DNA of 64,000 nt from Eledone cirrhosa (GCA_964016885.1 OZ024749.1:8246001-8310000), one strand, 5' to 3'; numbered from the stretch's first letter, positions 15,001-30,549 are shown. Numbers and translations: made by a program. The notes: generated by a model from the letters alone, not told the origin.

Positions 15001-18000
15001 AAGATCTTCTGTTGGCACTACTGAGAGATACTTGACACTGTACTAAAGATCTTCAGTTGGCACTACTGAGAGATACTTGACACTATACTAAAGATCTTCT
15101 GTTGGCTCTACTGAGGGATACTTGACACTATACTAAAGATCTTCTGTTGGCTCTACTGAGGGATACTTGACACTATACTATAGATCTTCTGTTGACACTA
15201 CTGAGAGATACTTGCCACTATACTATATATCTTCTGTTGACACTACTGAGAGATACTTGACACTATACTATAGATCTTCTGTTGACACTACTGAGAGATA
15301 CTTGCCACTGTACTAAAGATCTTCTATTGACACTACTGAGAGATACTTGACACTGTACTAAAGATCTTCTATTGACACTACTGAGAGATACTTGACACTA
15401 TACTATAGATCTTCTGTTGACACTACTGAGAGATACTTGCCACTGTACTAAAGATCTTCTATTGACACTACTGAGAGATACTTGCCACTGTACTAAAGAT
15501 CTTCTGTTGGCACTACTGAGAGATACTTGACACTATACTAAAGATCTTCTGTTGACACTACTGAGAGATACTTGACACTATACTAAAGATCTTCTGTTGG
15601 CCCTACTGTGAGATACTTGACACTGTACTAAAGATCTTCAGTTGGCACTACTGAGAGATACTTGCCATTATACTATAGATCTTCTGTTGACACTACTGAG
15701 AGATACTTGCCACTGTACTAAAGATCTTCTGTTGGCACTACTGAGAGATACTTGACACTATACTAAAGATCTTCTGTTGGCACTACTGAGAGATACTTGA
15801 CACTGTACTAAAGATCTTCTGTTGACACTAGTGAGAGATACTTGACACTGTACTAAAGATCTTCTGTTGGCACTACTGAGAGATACTTGACACTATACTA
15901 AAGATCTTCTATTGACACTACTGAGAGATACTTGCCACTGTACTAAAGATCTTCTGTTGGCACTACTGAGAGATACTTGACACTATACTAAAGATCTTCT
16001 GTTGGCACTACTGAGAGATACTTGACACTGTACTAAAGATCTTCTGTTGACACTAGTGAGAGATACTTGACACTATACTAAAGATCTTCTGTTGGCACTA
16101 CTGAGAGATACTTGACACTATACTAAAGATCTTCTATTGGCACTACTGAGAGATACTTGACACTATACTAAAGATCTTCTATTGACACTACTGAGAGATA
16201 CTTGACACTATACTAAAGATCTTCTATTGGCACTACTGAGACATAATTGACACTATACTAAAGATCTTCTGTTGGCCCTACTGAGAGATACTTGACACTG
16301 TACTAAAGATCTTCTGTTGGCACTACTGAGAGATACTTGACACTGTACTAAAGATCTTCTATTGACACTACTGAGAGATACTTGACACTATACTATAGAT
16401 CTTCTGTTGACACTACTGAGAGATACTTGCCACTGTACTAAAGATCTTCTGTTGACACTACTGAGAGATACTTGTCACTGTACTAAAGATCTTCTATTGA
16501 CACTACTGAGAGATACTTGACACTATACTATAGATCTTCTGTTGACACTACTGAGAGATACTTGCCACTGTACTAAAGATCTTCTATTGACACTACTGAG
16601 AGATACTTGCCACTGTACTAAAGATCTTCTGTTGGCACTACTGAGAGATACTTGACACTATACTAAAGATCTTCTGTTGGCACTACTGAGAGATACTTGA
16701 CACTGTACTAAAGATCTTCTGTTGACACTAGTGAGAGATACTTGACACTATACTAAAGATCTTCTGTTGGCACTACTGAGAGATACTTGACACTATACTA
16801 AAGATCTTCTATTGGCACTACTGAGAGATACTTGACACTATACTAAAGATCTTCTGTTGGCCCTACTGAGAGATACTTGACACTGTACTAAAGATCTTCT
16901 GTTGGCACTACTGAGAGATACTTGACACTGTACTAAAGATCTTCTATTGACACTACTGAGAGATACTTGACACTATACTATAGATCTTCTGTTGACACTA
17001 CTGAGAGATACTTGCCACTGTACTAAAGATCTTCTGTTGACACTACTGAGAGATACTTGACACTGTACTAAATATCTTCTATTGGCTCTACTGAGACATA
17101 CTTGACACTGTACTAAAGATCTTCTGTTGGCTCTACTGAGAGATACTTGACACTGTACTAAAGATCTTCTATTGACACTACTGAGAGATACTTGACACTA
17201 TACTATAGATCTTCTGTTCACACTACTGAGAGATACTTGCCACTGTACTAAAGATCTTCTGTTGACACTACTGAGAGATACTTGACACTGTACTAAAGAA
17301 CTTCTATTGACACTACTGAGAGATACTTGACACTATACTATAGATCTTCTGTTGACACTACTGAGAGATACTTGCCACTGTACTAAAGATCTTCTATTGA
17401 CACTACTGAGAGATACTTGACACTATACTATAGATCTTCTGTTCACACTACTGAGAGATACTTGCCACTGTACTAAAGATCTTCTGTTGACACTACTGAG
17501 AGATACTTGACACTGTACTAAAGAACTTCTATTGACACTACTGAGAGATACTTGACACTATACTATAGATCTTCTGTTGGCTCTACTGAGAGATACTTGA
17601 CACTGTACTAAAGATCTTCTATTGACACTACTGAGAGATACTTGACACTATACTATAGATCTTCTGTTCACACTACTGAGAGATACTTGACACTGTACTA
17701 AAGATCTTCTATTGACACTACTGAGAGATACTTGACACTATACTATAGATCTTCTGTTCACACTACTGAGAGATACTTGCCACTGTACTAAAGATCTTCT
17801 GTTGACACTACTGAGAGATACTTGACACTGTACTAAAGAACTTCTATTGACACTACTGAGAGATACTTGCCACTGTACTAAAGATCTTCTGTTGACACTA
17901 CTGAGAGATACTTGACACTGTACTAAACATCTTCTATTGGCTCTACTGAGACATACTTGACACTGTACTAAAGATCTTCTGTTGTCACTACTGAGAGATA

Positions 18001-21000
18001 CTTGACACTGTACTAAAGATCTTCTATTGACACTACTGAGAGATACTTGACACTATACTATAGATCTTCTGTTCACACTACTGAGAGATACTTGCCACTG
18101 TACTAAAGATCTTCTGTTGACACTACTGAGAGATACTTGACACTGTACTAAAGAACTTCTATTGACACTACTGAGAGATACTTGACACTATACTATAGAT
18201 CTTCTGTTGACACTACTGAGAGATACTTGCCACTGTACTAAAGATCTTCTATTGACACTACTGAGAGATACTTGCCACTGTACTAAAGATCTTCTGTTGG
18301 CACTACTGAGAGATACTTGACACTATACTAAAGATCTTCTGTTGACACTACTGAGAGATACTTGACACTATACTAAAGATCTTCTGTTGGCCCTACTGTG
18401 AGATACTTGACACTATACTATAGATCTTCTGTTGGCACTACTGAGAGATACTTGACACTGTACTAAAGATCTTCAGTTGGCACTACTGAGAGATACTTGA
18501 CACTGTACTAAAGATCTTCTATTGGCACTACTGAGAGATACTTGACACTGTACTATAGATCTTCTGTTGGCACTACTGAGAGATACTTGCCACTGTACTA
18601 AGGATCTTCTGTTGGCACTACTGAGAGATACTTGACACTGTACTAAAGATCTTCTATTGACACTACTGAGAGATACTTGCCACTGTACTAAGGATCTTCT
18701 GTTGGCACTACTGAGAGATACTTGACACTGTACTAAAGATCTTCTATTGACACTACTGAGAGATACTTGCCACTGTACTAAAGATCTTCTGTTGGCACTA
18801 CTGAGAGATACTTGACACTGTACTAAAGATCTTCAGTTGGCACTACTGAGAGATACTTGACACTATACTAAAGATCTTCTGTTGGCTCTACTGAGGGATA
18901 CTTGACACTATACTAAAGATCTTCTGTTGGCTCTACTGAGGGATACTTGACACTATACTATAGATCTTCTGTTGACACTACTGAGAGATACTTGCCACTA
19001 TACTATAGATCTTCTGTTGACACTACTGAGAGATACTTGACACTATACTATAGATCTTCTGTTGACACTACTGAGAGATACTTGACACTGTACTAAAGAT
19101 CTTCTGTTGGCACTACTGAGAGATACTTGCCACTGTACTAAAGATCTTCTATTGACACTACTGAGAGATACTTGACACTATACTATAGATCTTCTGTTGA
19201 CACTACTGAGAGATACTTGACACTGTACTAAAGATCTTCTGTTGACACTACTGAGAGATACTTGACACTATACTATAGATCTTCTGTTGACACTACTGAG
19301 AGATACTTGACACTATATTATAGATCTTCTATTGACACTACTGAGAGATACTTGACACTATACTATAGATCTTCTGTTGACACTACTGAGAGATACTTGC
19401 CACTGTACTAAAGATCTTCTGTTGACACTACTGAGAGATACTTGCCACTGTACTAAAGATCTTCTGTTGACACTACTGAGAGATACTTGCCACTGTACTA
19501 AAGATCTTCTGTTGGCACTACTGAGAGATACTTGCCACTGTACTAAAGATCTTCTATTGACACTACTGAGAGATACTTGACACTATACTATAGATCTTCT
19601 GTTGACACTACTGAGAGATACTTGACACTGTACTAAAGATCTTCTGTTGACACTACTGAGAGATACTTGACACTATACTATAGATCTTCTGTTGACACTA
19701 CTGAGAGATACTTGACACTATACTATAGATCTTCTATTGACACTACTGAGAGATACTTGACACTATACTATAGATCTTCTGTTGACACTACTGAGAGATA
19801 CTTGCCACTGTACTAAAGATCTTCTGTTGACACTACTGAGAGATACTTGTCACTGTACTAAAGATCTTCTATTGACACTACTGAGAGATACTTGACACTA
19901 TACTATAGATCTTCTGTTGACACTACTGAGAGATACTTGCCACTGTACTAAAGATCTTCTATTGACACTACTGAGAGATACTTGCCACTGTACTAAAGAT
20001 CTTCTGTTGGCACTACTGAGAGATACTTGACACTATACTAAAGATCTTCTGTTGGCACTACTGAGAGATACTTGACACTGTACTAAAGATCTTCTGTTGA
20101 CACTAGTGAGAGATACTTGACACTATACTAAAGATCTTCTATTGGCACTACTGAGAGATACTTGACACTATACTAAAGATCTTCTGTTGGCACTACTGAG
20201 AGATACTTGACACTGTACTAAAGATCTTCTGTTGGCACTACTGAGAGATACTTGACACTGTACTAAAGATCTTCTGTTGGCACTACTGAGAGATACTTGA
20301 CACTGTACTAAAGATCTTCTGTTGGCCCTACTGAGAGATACTTGACACTATACTAAAGATCTTCTGTTGGCACTACTGAGAGATACTTGACACTGTACTA
20401 AAGATCTTCTGTTGGCTCTACTGAGGGATACTTGACACTATACTAAAGATCTTCTGTTGGCACTACTGAGAGATACTTGCCACTATACTAAAGATCTTCT
20501 GTTGGCACTACTGAGAGATACTTGACACTATACTATAGATCTTCTGTTGGCACTACTGAGAGATACTTGCCACTATACTAAAGATCTTCTGTTGGCACTA
20601 CTGAGAGATACTTGCCACTATACTAAAGATCTTCTGTTGGCACTACTGAGACATACTTGACACTGTACTATAGATCTTCTGTTGACACTACTGAGAGATA
20701 CTTGCCACTGTACTAAAGATCTTCTGTTGACACTACTGAGACATACTTGACACTGTACTAAAGATCTTCTGTTGGCACTACTGAGAGATACTTGACACTA
20801 TACTATAGATCTTCTGTTGACACTACTGAGAGATACTTGACACTATACTATAGATCTTCTGTTGACACTACTGAGAGATACTTGCCACTGTACTAAAGAT
20901 CTTCTGTTGGCCCTACTGAGAGATACTTGACACTGTACTAAAGATCTTCTGTTGGCCCTACTGAGAGATACTTGACACTGTACTAAGGATCTTCTGTTGG

Positions 21001-24000
21001 CACTACTGAGAGATACTTGACACTGTACTAAAGATCTTCTATTGACACTACTGAGAGATACTTGACACTATACTATAGATCTTCTGTTGACACTACTGAG
21101 AGATACTTGCCACTGTACTAAAGATCTTCTGTTGACACTACTGAGAGATACTTGACACTGTACTAAATATCTTCTATTGGCTCTACTGAGACATACTTGA
21201 CACTGTACTAAAGATCTTCTGTTGGCTCTACTGAGACATACTTGACACTGTACTAAAGATCTTCTATTGGCTCTACTGAGACATACTTGACACTGTACTA
21301 AAGATCTTCTGTTGTCACTACTGAGAGATACTTGACACTATACTAAAGATCTTCTGTTGACACTACTGAGAGATACTTGACACTGTACTAAAGATCTTCT
21401 ATTGACACTACTGAGAGATACTTGACACTATACTATAGATCTTCTGTTCACACTACTGAGAGATACTTGCCACTGTACTAAAGATCTTCTATTGACACTA
21501 CTGAGACATACTTGCCACTGTACTAAAGATCTTCTATTGACACTACTGAGAGATACTTGCCACTGTACTAAAGATCTTCTGTTGGCACTACTGAGAGATA
21601 CTTGACACTATACTAAAGATCTTCTGTTGACACTACTGAGAGATACTTGACACTATACTAAAGATCTTCTGTTGGCCCTACTGTGAGATACTTGACACTG
21701 TACTAAAGATCTTCTATTGGCTCTACTGAGACATACTTGACACTGTACTAAAGATCTTCTATTGGCTCTACTGAGACATACTTGACACTGTACTAAAGAT
21801 CTTCTATTGGCACTACTGAGAGATACTTGACACTATACTAAAGATCTTCTGTTGACACTACTGAGAGATACTTGACACTATACTAAAGATCTTCTGTTGG
21901 CACTACTGAGAGATACTTGATGCTGTACTAAAGATCTTCTGTTGGCACTACTGAGAGATACTTGACACTGTACTAAAGATCTTCTGTTGGCACTACTGAG
22001 AGATACTTGATGCTGGACTAAAGATCTTCTATTGGCTCTACTGAGACATACTTGACACTGTACTAAAGATCTTCTGTTGACACTACTGAGAGATACTTGA
22101 CACTATACTAAAGATCTTCTGTTGGCACTACTGAGAGATACTTGATGCTGTACTAAAGATCTTCTATTGGCTCTACTGAGACATACTTGACACTGTACTA
22201 AAGATCTTCTGTTGGCTCTACTGAGACATACTTGACACTATACTAAAGATCTTCTATTGGCTCTACTGAGACATACTTGACACTGTACTAAATATCTTCT
22301 ATTGGCTCTACTGAGACATACTTGACACTGTACTAAAGATCTTCTGTTGGCACTACTGAGAGATACTTGACACTATACTAAAGATCTTCTGTTGACACTA
22401 CTGATTGATACTTGACACTATACTAAAGATCTTCTGTTGGCCCTACTGAGAGATACTTGACACTGTACTAAAGATCTTCTGTTGGCACTACTGAGAGATA
22501 CTTGACACTGTACTAAAGATCTTCTATTGACACTACTGAGAGATACTTGACACTATACTATAGATCTTCTGTTGACACTACTGAGAGATACTTGCCACTG
22601 TACTAAAGATCTTCTGTTGACACTACTGAGAGATACTTGACACTGTACTAAAGATCTTCTGTTGGCTCTACTGAGACATACTTGACACTGTACTAAAGAT
22701 CTTCTGTTGACACTACTGAGAGATACTTGCCACTGTACTAAAGATCTTCTGTTGGCACTACTGAGAGATACTTGACACTGTACTAAAGATCTTCTATTGA
22801 CACTACTGAGAGATACTTGACACTATACTATAGATCTTCTGTTGACACTACTGAGAGATACTTGCCACTGTACTAAAGATCTTCTGTTGACACTACTGAG
22901 AGATACTTGACACTGTACTAAATATCTTCTGTTGGCTCTACTGAGACATACTTGACACTGTACTAAAGATCTTCTGTTGACACTACTGAGAGATACTTGA
23001 CACTGTACTAAAGATCTTCTGTTGACACTACTGAGAGATACTTGACACTGTACTAAAGATCTTCTGTTGGCTCTACTGAGACATACTTGACACTGTACTA
23101 AAGATCTTCTGTTGACACTACTGAGAGATACTTGCCACTGTACTAAAGATCTTCTGTTGGCACTACTGAGAGATACTTGACACTGTACTAAAGATCTTCT
23201 ATTGACACTACTGAGAGATACTTGACACTATACTATAGATCTTCTGTTGACACTACTGAGAGATACTTGCCACTGTACTAAAGATCTTCTGTTGACACTA
23301 CTGAGAGATACTTGACACTGTACTAAATATCTTCTATTGGCTCTACTGAGACATACTTGACACTGTACTAAAGATCTTCTGTTGGCTCTACTGAGACATA
23401 CTTGACACTGTACTAAAGATCTTCTATTGGCTCTACTGAGACATACTTGACACTGTACTAAAGATCTTCTGTTGGCACTACTGAGAGATACTTGACACTG
23501 TACTAAAGATCTTCTATTGACACTACTGAGAGATACTTGACACTATACTATAGATCTTCTGTTGACACTACTGAGAGATACTTGCCACTGTACTAAAGAT
23601 CTTCTGTTGACACTACTGAGAGATACTTGACACTGTACTAAATATCTTCTATTGGCTCTACTGAGACATACTTGACACTGTACTAAAGATCTTCTGTTGG
23701 CTCTACTGAGACATACTTGACACTGTACTAAAGATCTTCTATTGGCTCTACTGAGACATACTTGACACTGTACTAAAGATCTTCTGTTGGCACTACTGAG
23801 AGATACTTGACACTATACTAAAGATCTTCTGTTGACACTACTGAGAGATACTTGACACTGTACTAAAGATCTTCTATTGACACTACTGAGAGATACTTGA
23901 CACTATACTAAAGATCTTCTGTTGACACTACTGAGAGATACTTGACACTGTACTAAAGATCTTCTATTGACACTACTGAGAGATACTTGACACTATACTA

Positions 24001-27000
24001 TAGATCTTCTGTTGACACTACTGAGAGATACTTGCCACTGTACTAAAGATCTTCTGTTGACACTACTGAGAGATACTTGACACTGTACTAAATATCTTCT
24101 ATTGGCTCTACTGAGACATACTTGACACTGTACTAAAGATCTTCTGTTGGCTCTACTGAGACATACTTGACACTGTACTAAAGATCTTCTATTGGCTCTA
24201 CTGAGACATACTTGACACTGTACTAAAGATCTTCTGTTGGCACTACTGAGAGATACTTGACACTATACTAAAGATCTTCTGTTGACACTACTGAGAGATA
24301 CTTGACACTGTACTAAAGATCTTCTATTGACACTACTGAGAGATACTTGACACTATACTAAAGATCTTCTGTTGACACTACTGAGAGATACTTGACACTG
24401 TACTAAAGATCTTCTATTGACACTACTGAGAGATACTTGACACTATACTATAGATCTTCTGTTGACACTACTGAGAGATACTTGCCACTGTACTAAAGAT
24501 CTTCTGTTGACACTACTGAGAGATACTTGACACTGTACTAAATATCTTCTGTTGGCTCTACTGAGACATACTTGACACTGTACTAAAGATCTTCTGTTGA
24601 CACTACTGAGAGATACTTGACACTGTACTAAAGATCTTCTGTTGACACTACTGAGAGATACTTGACACTGTACTAAAGATCTTCTGTTGGCTCTACTGAG
24701 ACATACTTGACACTGTACTAAAGATCTTCTGTTGACACTACTGAGAGATACTTGCCACTGTACTAAAGATCTTCTGTTGGCACTACTGAGAGATACTTGA
24801 CACTGTACTAAAGATCTTCTATTGACACTACTGAGAGATACTTGACACTATACTATAGATCTGCTGTTGACACTACTGAGAGATACTTGCCACTGTACTA
24901 AAGATCTTCTGTTGACACTACTGAGAGATACTTGACACTGTACTAAATATCTTCTATTGGCTCTACTGAGACATACTTGACACTGTACTAAAGATCTTCT
25001 GTTGGCTCTACTGAGACATACTTGACACTGTACTAAAGATCTTCTATTGGCTCTACTGAGACATACTTGACACTGTACTAAAGATCTTCTGTTGGCACTA
25101 CTGAGAGATACTTGACACTATACTAAAGATCTTCTGTTGACACTACTGAGAGATACTTGACACTGTACTAAAGATCTTCTATTGACACTACTGAGAGATA
25201 CTTGACACTATACTATAGATCTTCTGTTGACACTACTGAGAGATACTTGCCACTGTACTAAAGATCTTCTGTTGACACTACTGAGAGATACTTGACACTG
25301 TACTAAAGATCTTCTATTGACACTACTGAGAGATACTTGACACTATACTATAGATCTTCTGTTGGCACTACTGAGAGATACTTGACACTATACTAAAGAT
25401 CTTCTGTTGGCCCTACTGTGAGATACTTGACACTGTACTAAAGATCTTCAGTTGGCACTACTGAGAGATACTTGCCATTATACTAAAGTATTCTGTTGGC
25501 ACTACTGAGAGATACTTGACACTGTACTAAAGATCTTCTATTGACACTACTGAGAGATACTTGACACTATACTATAGATCTTCTGTTGACACTACTGAGA
25601 GATACTTGCCACTGTACTAAGGATCTTCTGTTGGCACTACTGAGAGATACTTGACACTATACTAAAGATCTTCTGTTGGCACTACTGAGAGATACTTGAC
25701 GCTGTACTAAAGATCTTCTGTTGGCCCTACTGTGAGATACTTGACACTGTACTAAAGATCTTCAGTTGGCCCTACTGTGAGATACTTGACACTGTGCTAA
25801 AGATCTTCTGTTGGCACTACTGAGAGATACTTGCCACTATACTAAAGATCTTCTGTTGGCACTACTGAGAGATACTTGACGCTGTACTAAAGATCTTCTG
25901 TTGGCCCTACTGTGAGATACTTGACACTGTGCTAAAGATCTTCTGTTGGCACTACTGAGAGATAATTGACACTGTGCTAAAGAACTTCTATTGGCTCTAC
26001 TGAGACATACTTGACACTGTACTAAAGATCTTCTATTGGCTCTACTGAGACATACTTGACACTGTACTAAAGATCTTCTATTGGCTCTACTGAGACATAC
26101 TTGACACTATACTAAAGATCTTCTGTTGGCACTACTGAGAGATACTTGATACTATACTAAAGATCTTCTGTTGGCACTACTGAGAGATACTTGACACTGT
26201 ACTAAAGATCTTCTATTGGCACTACTGAGAGATACTTGACACTGTACTAAAGATCTTCTATTGGCACTACTGAGACATACTTGACACTGTACTAAATATC
26301 TTCTATTGGCTCTACTGAGACATACTTGACACTATACTAAAGATCTTCTGTTGGCACTACTGAGAGATACTTGACACTATACTAAAGATCTCCTGTTGGC
26401 ACTACTGAGAGATACTTAACACTATACTAAAGATCTTCTATTGGCACTACTGAGAGATACTTGACACTATACTAAAGATCTTCTGTTGGCCCTACTGAGA
26501 GATACTTGACACTGTACTAAAGATCTTCTGTTGGCACTACTGAGAGATACTTGACACTGTACTAAAGATCTTCTATTGACACTACTGAGAGATACTTGAC
26601 ACTATACTAAAGATCTTCTATTGACACTACTGAGAGATACTTGACACTATACTATAGATCTTCTGTTGACACTACTGAGAGATACTTGCCACTGTACTAA
26701 AGATCTTCTGTTGACACTACTGAGAGATACTTGACACTGTACTAAAGATCTTCTATTGACACTACTGAGAGATACTTGACACTATACTATAGATCTTCTG
26801 TTGACACTACTGAGAGATACTTGCCACTGTACTAAAGATCTTCTATTGACACTACTGAGAGATACTTGCCACTGTACTAAAGATCTTCTGTTGGCACTAC
26901 TGAGAGATACTTGATACTATACTAAAGATCTTCTATTGGCACTACTGAGAGATACTTGACACTATACTAAAGATATTCTGTTGGCACTACTGAGAGATAC

Positions 27001-28186
27001 TTGACACTATACTAAAGATCTTCTGTTGGCCCTACTGTGAGATACTTGACACTGTACTAAAGATCTTCTGTTGGCACTTCTGAGAGATACTTGACACTAT
27101 ACTAAAGATCTTCTGTTGACACTACTGAGAGATACTTGCCACTATACTAAAGATCTTCTGTTGGCCCTACTGTGAGATACTTGACACTGTACTAAAGATC
27201 TTCTGTTGGCACTACTGAGAGATACCTGACACTGTACTAAAGATCTTCTATTGACACTACTGAGAGATACTTGACACTATACTAAAGATCTTCTATTGAC
27301 ACTACTGAGAGATACTTGACACTATACTAAAGATCTTCTATTGGCACTACTGAGAGATACTTGACACTATACTAAAGATCTTCTGTTGGCGCTACTGAGA
27401 GATACTTGACACTGTACTAAAGATCTTCTGTTGGCACTACTGAGAGATACTTGACACTGTACTAAAGATCTTCTGTTGACACTACTGAGAGATACTTGAC
27501 ACTATACTAAAGAACTTCTATTGACACTACTGAGAGATACTTGACACTATACTAAAGATCTTCTATTGGCACTACTGAGAGATACTTGACACTATACTAA
27601 AGATCTTCTGTTGGCGCTACTGAGAGATACTTGACACTGTACTAAAGATCTTCTGTTGGCACTACTAAGAGACACTTGACACTATACTAAAGATCTTCTG
27701 TTGACACTACTGAGAGATACTTGCCACTATACTAAAGATCTTCTGTTGGCCCTACTGTGAGATACTTGACACTGTACTAAAGATCTTCTGTTGGCACTAC
27801 TGAGAGATACTTGACACTGTACTAAAAATCTTCTATTGACACTACTGAGAGATACTTGACACTATACTAAAGATCTTCTATTGACACTACTGAGAGATAC
27901 TTGACACTATACTAAAGATCTTCTGTTGGCGCTACTGAGAGATACTTGACACTGTACTAAAGATCTTCTATTGGCACTACTGAGAGATACTTGACACTGT
28001 ACTAAAGATCTTCTATTGACACTACTGAGAGATACTTGACACTGTACTAAAGATCTTCTGTTGGCACTACTGAGAGATACTTGACACTGTACTAAAGATC
28101 TTCTGCTAGCCCTTCTGAGAGATACTTGCCACTATACTAAAGATCTTCTGCTAGCTCTACTGAGAGCTACTTCCCACAATACTTAT
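1..28186. repeat. 45-bp tandem satellite (consensus CTTGACACTRTACTAAAGATCTTCTRTTGRCACTACTGAGAGATA), about 626 copies, runs off the left edge
   Basis: Line pattern recurs every 180 bp (4x45). Variants are substitutions, with one net 1-bp deletion near 25490. Units degenerate from about 28090. Confidence 0.99.
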
Positions 28187-28317
28187 GTCTCATGTCATTA
28201 CTATTAACTAATAGTATATTCCAGAATATTATTCCATATGTACACATTCTATTCAACAAGAGTTTGGTACACTTTCACCTACGGCCAGTCACACGAACCA
28301 ATAACATAACCTGAACA

Positions 28318-28735
28318 AGCAATGCCTGAACTTTGAAGGTTTTTTTAAGTGGAGCAAGGCCATGCACTCGACCAATCCCACTCTCTGAGCATCGAAAACA
28401 CTACCCGAAAAAGAGAACTGGTCAACGTCATCGGATGTTTCCAAAGCCGTAGGTTTTTTTCAAAGTTTCTCTCTCCTAGAAAGGTGCTGTGACAACAACT
28501 GGGGCCCTTTCACTCCCAGTTGAAAAAAAACCCAAAAATACTATTTGTATGGCCGTTGACTCTGCTGAGTTACTCCGCCCTTTGCCGGGTCTTGTATTTC
28601 ATCCCGCAGCATGTCCAAATATCATCCTCCTCACCAAGGAAGCTTGGTGGGGTTGCCGGTTTCGTTGCCAACGACCCGATCATGCGACAGGTTGTACAGC
28701 TTTACATGTTACCAATAGCACTCGAGAGCGACCTG
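28318..28735 (-). mobile_element. Degenerate RTE-type 5'UTR-like fragment
   Basis: Shares the block GAGAGTGGGATTGG...CACTT(T)AAAAAA...CAGGCATTGC with 28835-28960 and 36640-36750. The resemblance to RTE 5'UTRs is from memory. Confidence 0.4.
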
Positions 28736-28965
28736 ACATACATACATACATACATACATGATGGCTGCCCCCTCGTTGTCGAGTATGGCCATTGCACGAT
28801 ATAACATTATTAATCATTATCAATTAATGCTATCGTGCAATGCCTGTGCGTGAAGTGAACAATTTTTTTAAAGTGAGGAAAGACTGTGCACTGAGCCAAT
28901 CCCACTCTCTGAGCAACAGTAGCTATAACCCGAAAAGAAGAAAAGATCAACATCATCGGTAACTA
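28736..28965 (-). mobile_element. Short non-autonomous RTE-derived element with (ATGT)n tail
   Basis: The minus strand ends ...TGGCCATACTCGACAACGAGGGGGCAGCCAT followed by a (ATGT)n tail. It contains an internal hairpin ATTGCACGAT...ATCGTGCAAT and is homologous to 36432-36750. Confidence 0.45.
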
Positions 28966-29086
28966 CTGAGCCACAGATTTTATGTCGGAGTTACATACAT
29001 ATATCTATACCCACTCTGCATCTCCACATGCATTGAGCACTCTTATGATTAGTGCTCTCCCCGATTTCAGCAGCGCTGACTTCATG

Positions 29087-29122
<36 letters not shown>

Positions 29123-29556
29123 TGCCTATAGGAGAACAAGTCTCACATCGGCCATGGCAAACTAAGGGTTTGCACCTAATGAGTTCCTCTCAATGGTAAA
29201 TGTGATTTTAAGATCCCTAGACAAACATCTTAACTAATATTCAACACGACTCTACGCATACAAGGTGTAATCTCCGTGGCGTTGTTATCTGAACGCAGGG
29301 TTGCAGTAATGACGTGGAAACGAACGAGACTCGAAACCAAGATCACTTACACTAAACTGCCACAAGTTCAGCTCAGATTGTAGGTACTACTATAGTATAT
29401 CTACTTTTCTCTTTAGAATGTTCAACACTTTAGTATATTAATAATAGGTGTCGACTTCACAAAACATAAGCTGACCCGTGGTAGTCCAGATTTACGTCAG
29501 AGAAGCGTGTTAAACCACATGCATCTAGTTTTCCTTACTTTTCTTATTTTATTCTT

Positions 29557-29631
29557 ATATATACATATACACATACACACACATATATCCATACATACAT
29601 ATATATATATGTATATATATATATACATACA

Positions 29632-29689
<58 letters not shown>

Positions 29690-29743
29690 AGTATATGTAT
29701 ATATATTTGTGCATATATAAGCATGCGCATATATATATATATA
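29557..29743. repeat. Compound (TA)/(CA)/(TACA) microsatellite
   Basis: Direct reading. Confidence 0.9.
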
Positions 29744-30062
29744 TTCCTTTCTGAAGAAGGAAAAAAAAAACTAACTCATACGATGTCACTTCCGTAAACA
29801 GAATTGAATATTTCCATCAATTTATATTTCTATATTGTTATTATATAGTATTTTATTATTGTGTTTTTTAATGGTATATATTTTCTTTTGCTTTACCAGC
29901 TTCCGGATTTTCGTTGTGTGAAAGAAATGGCCGACAATATATGTGAATATAATCTTGACTGGATACTTCATCAATCAGAACTTATAGAATTCCTATACAA
30001 TAAATACTGCTTTATAATAATGTGTTATGTCCAGCATACCATTGCATCTATGTATGTATGTA

Positions 30063-30117
<55 letters not shown>

Positions 30118-30120
<3 letters not shown>

Positions 30121-30318
30121 AACCAGTAAGACCCCGACATCTGAGCTCAAGCCGTTTCGACGGCTTATTCTGGACGGCTAATTCCAGAATTAGCCGTCGA
30201 AACGGCTTGAGCTCAGCTGTCGGGGTCTTACTGGTTCCTATTACCCACTCTACTACCCCAAGTATTGAGTACTTTGGTGCGTTATGGTCCACCTGGTTCC
30301 TTACCACTTTTCCCTCGC
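30118..30318 (+). mobile_element. Foldback mini-element copy A (57-bp inverted arms plus about 79-bp tail), probable 5'-inverted PLE 3' end carrying the 3' half of a hammerhead
   Basis: Arms at 30118-30174 and 30183-30239. Stem II hairpin, then GAAAC-GGCT-TGAGCTC-AGCT-GTC-GGGGTC. Flanked by (TA)n; three more copies in the window. Confidence 0.75.
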
Positions 30319-30487
30319 TATATATATATATATATATATATGTGTATATGTAAGTATATGTATATACATATATATATATATATGTATGCATGAATGCATA
30401 TGTATATGTATGTGTATATATATATGTTATGTACGTATATGTATGCATATATATATAAACACACACACACACACACACACGTATATG

Positions 30488-30549
<62 letters not shown>

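Noticed and set aside
1-28186. Satellite as a coding repeat (45 bp = 15 codons), including ORF 19377-19580 and read-through ideas (minus frame YLSVVPTEDL*YSVK via UAG editing; plus frame with TGA=Trp)
   Set aside because: The common unit has a stop in every frame. Variants add further stops (TGA from GTTCAC, TAG from CTATAG) and are mostly non-synonymous.
1-28186. CRISPR array
   Set aside because: There are no unique spacers and no cas genes, and the context is eukaryotic.
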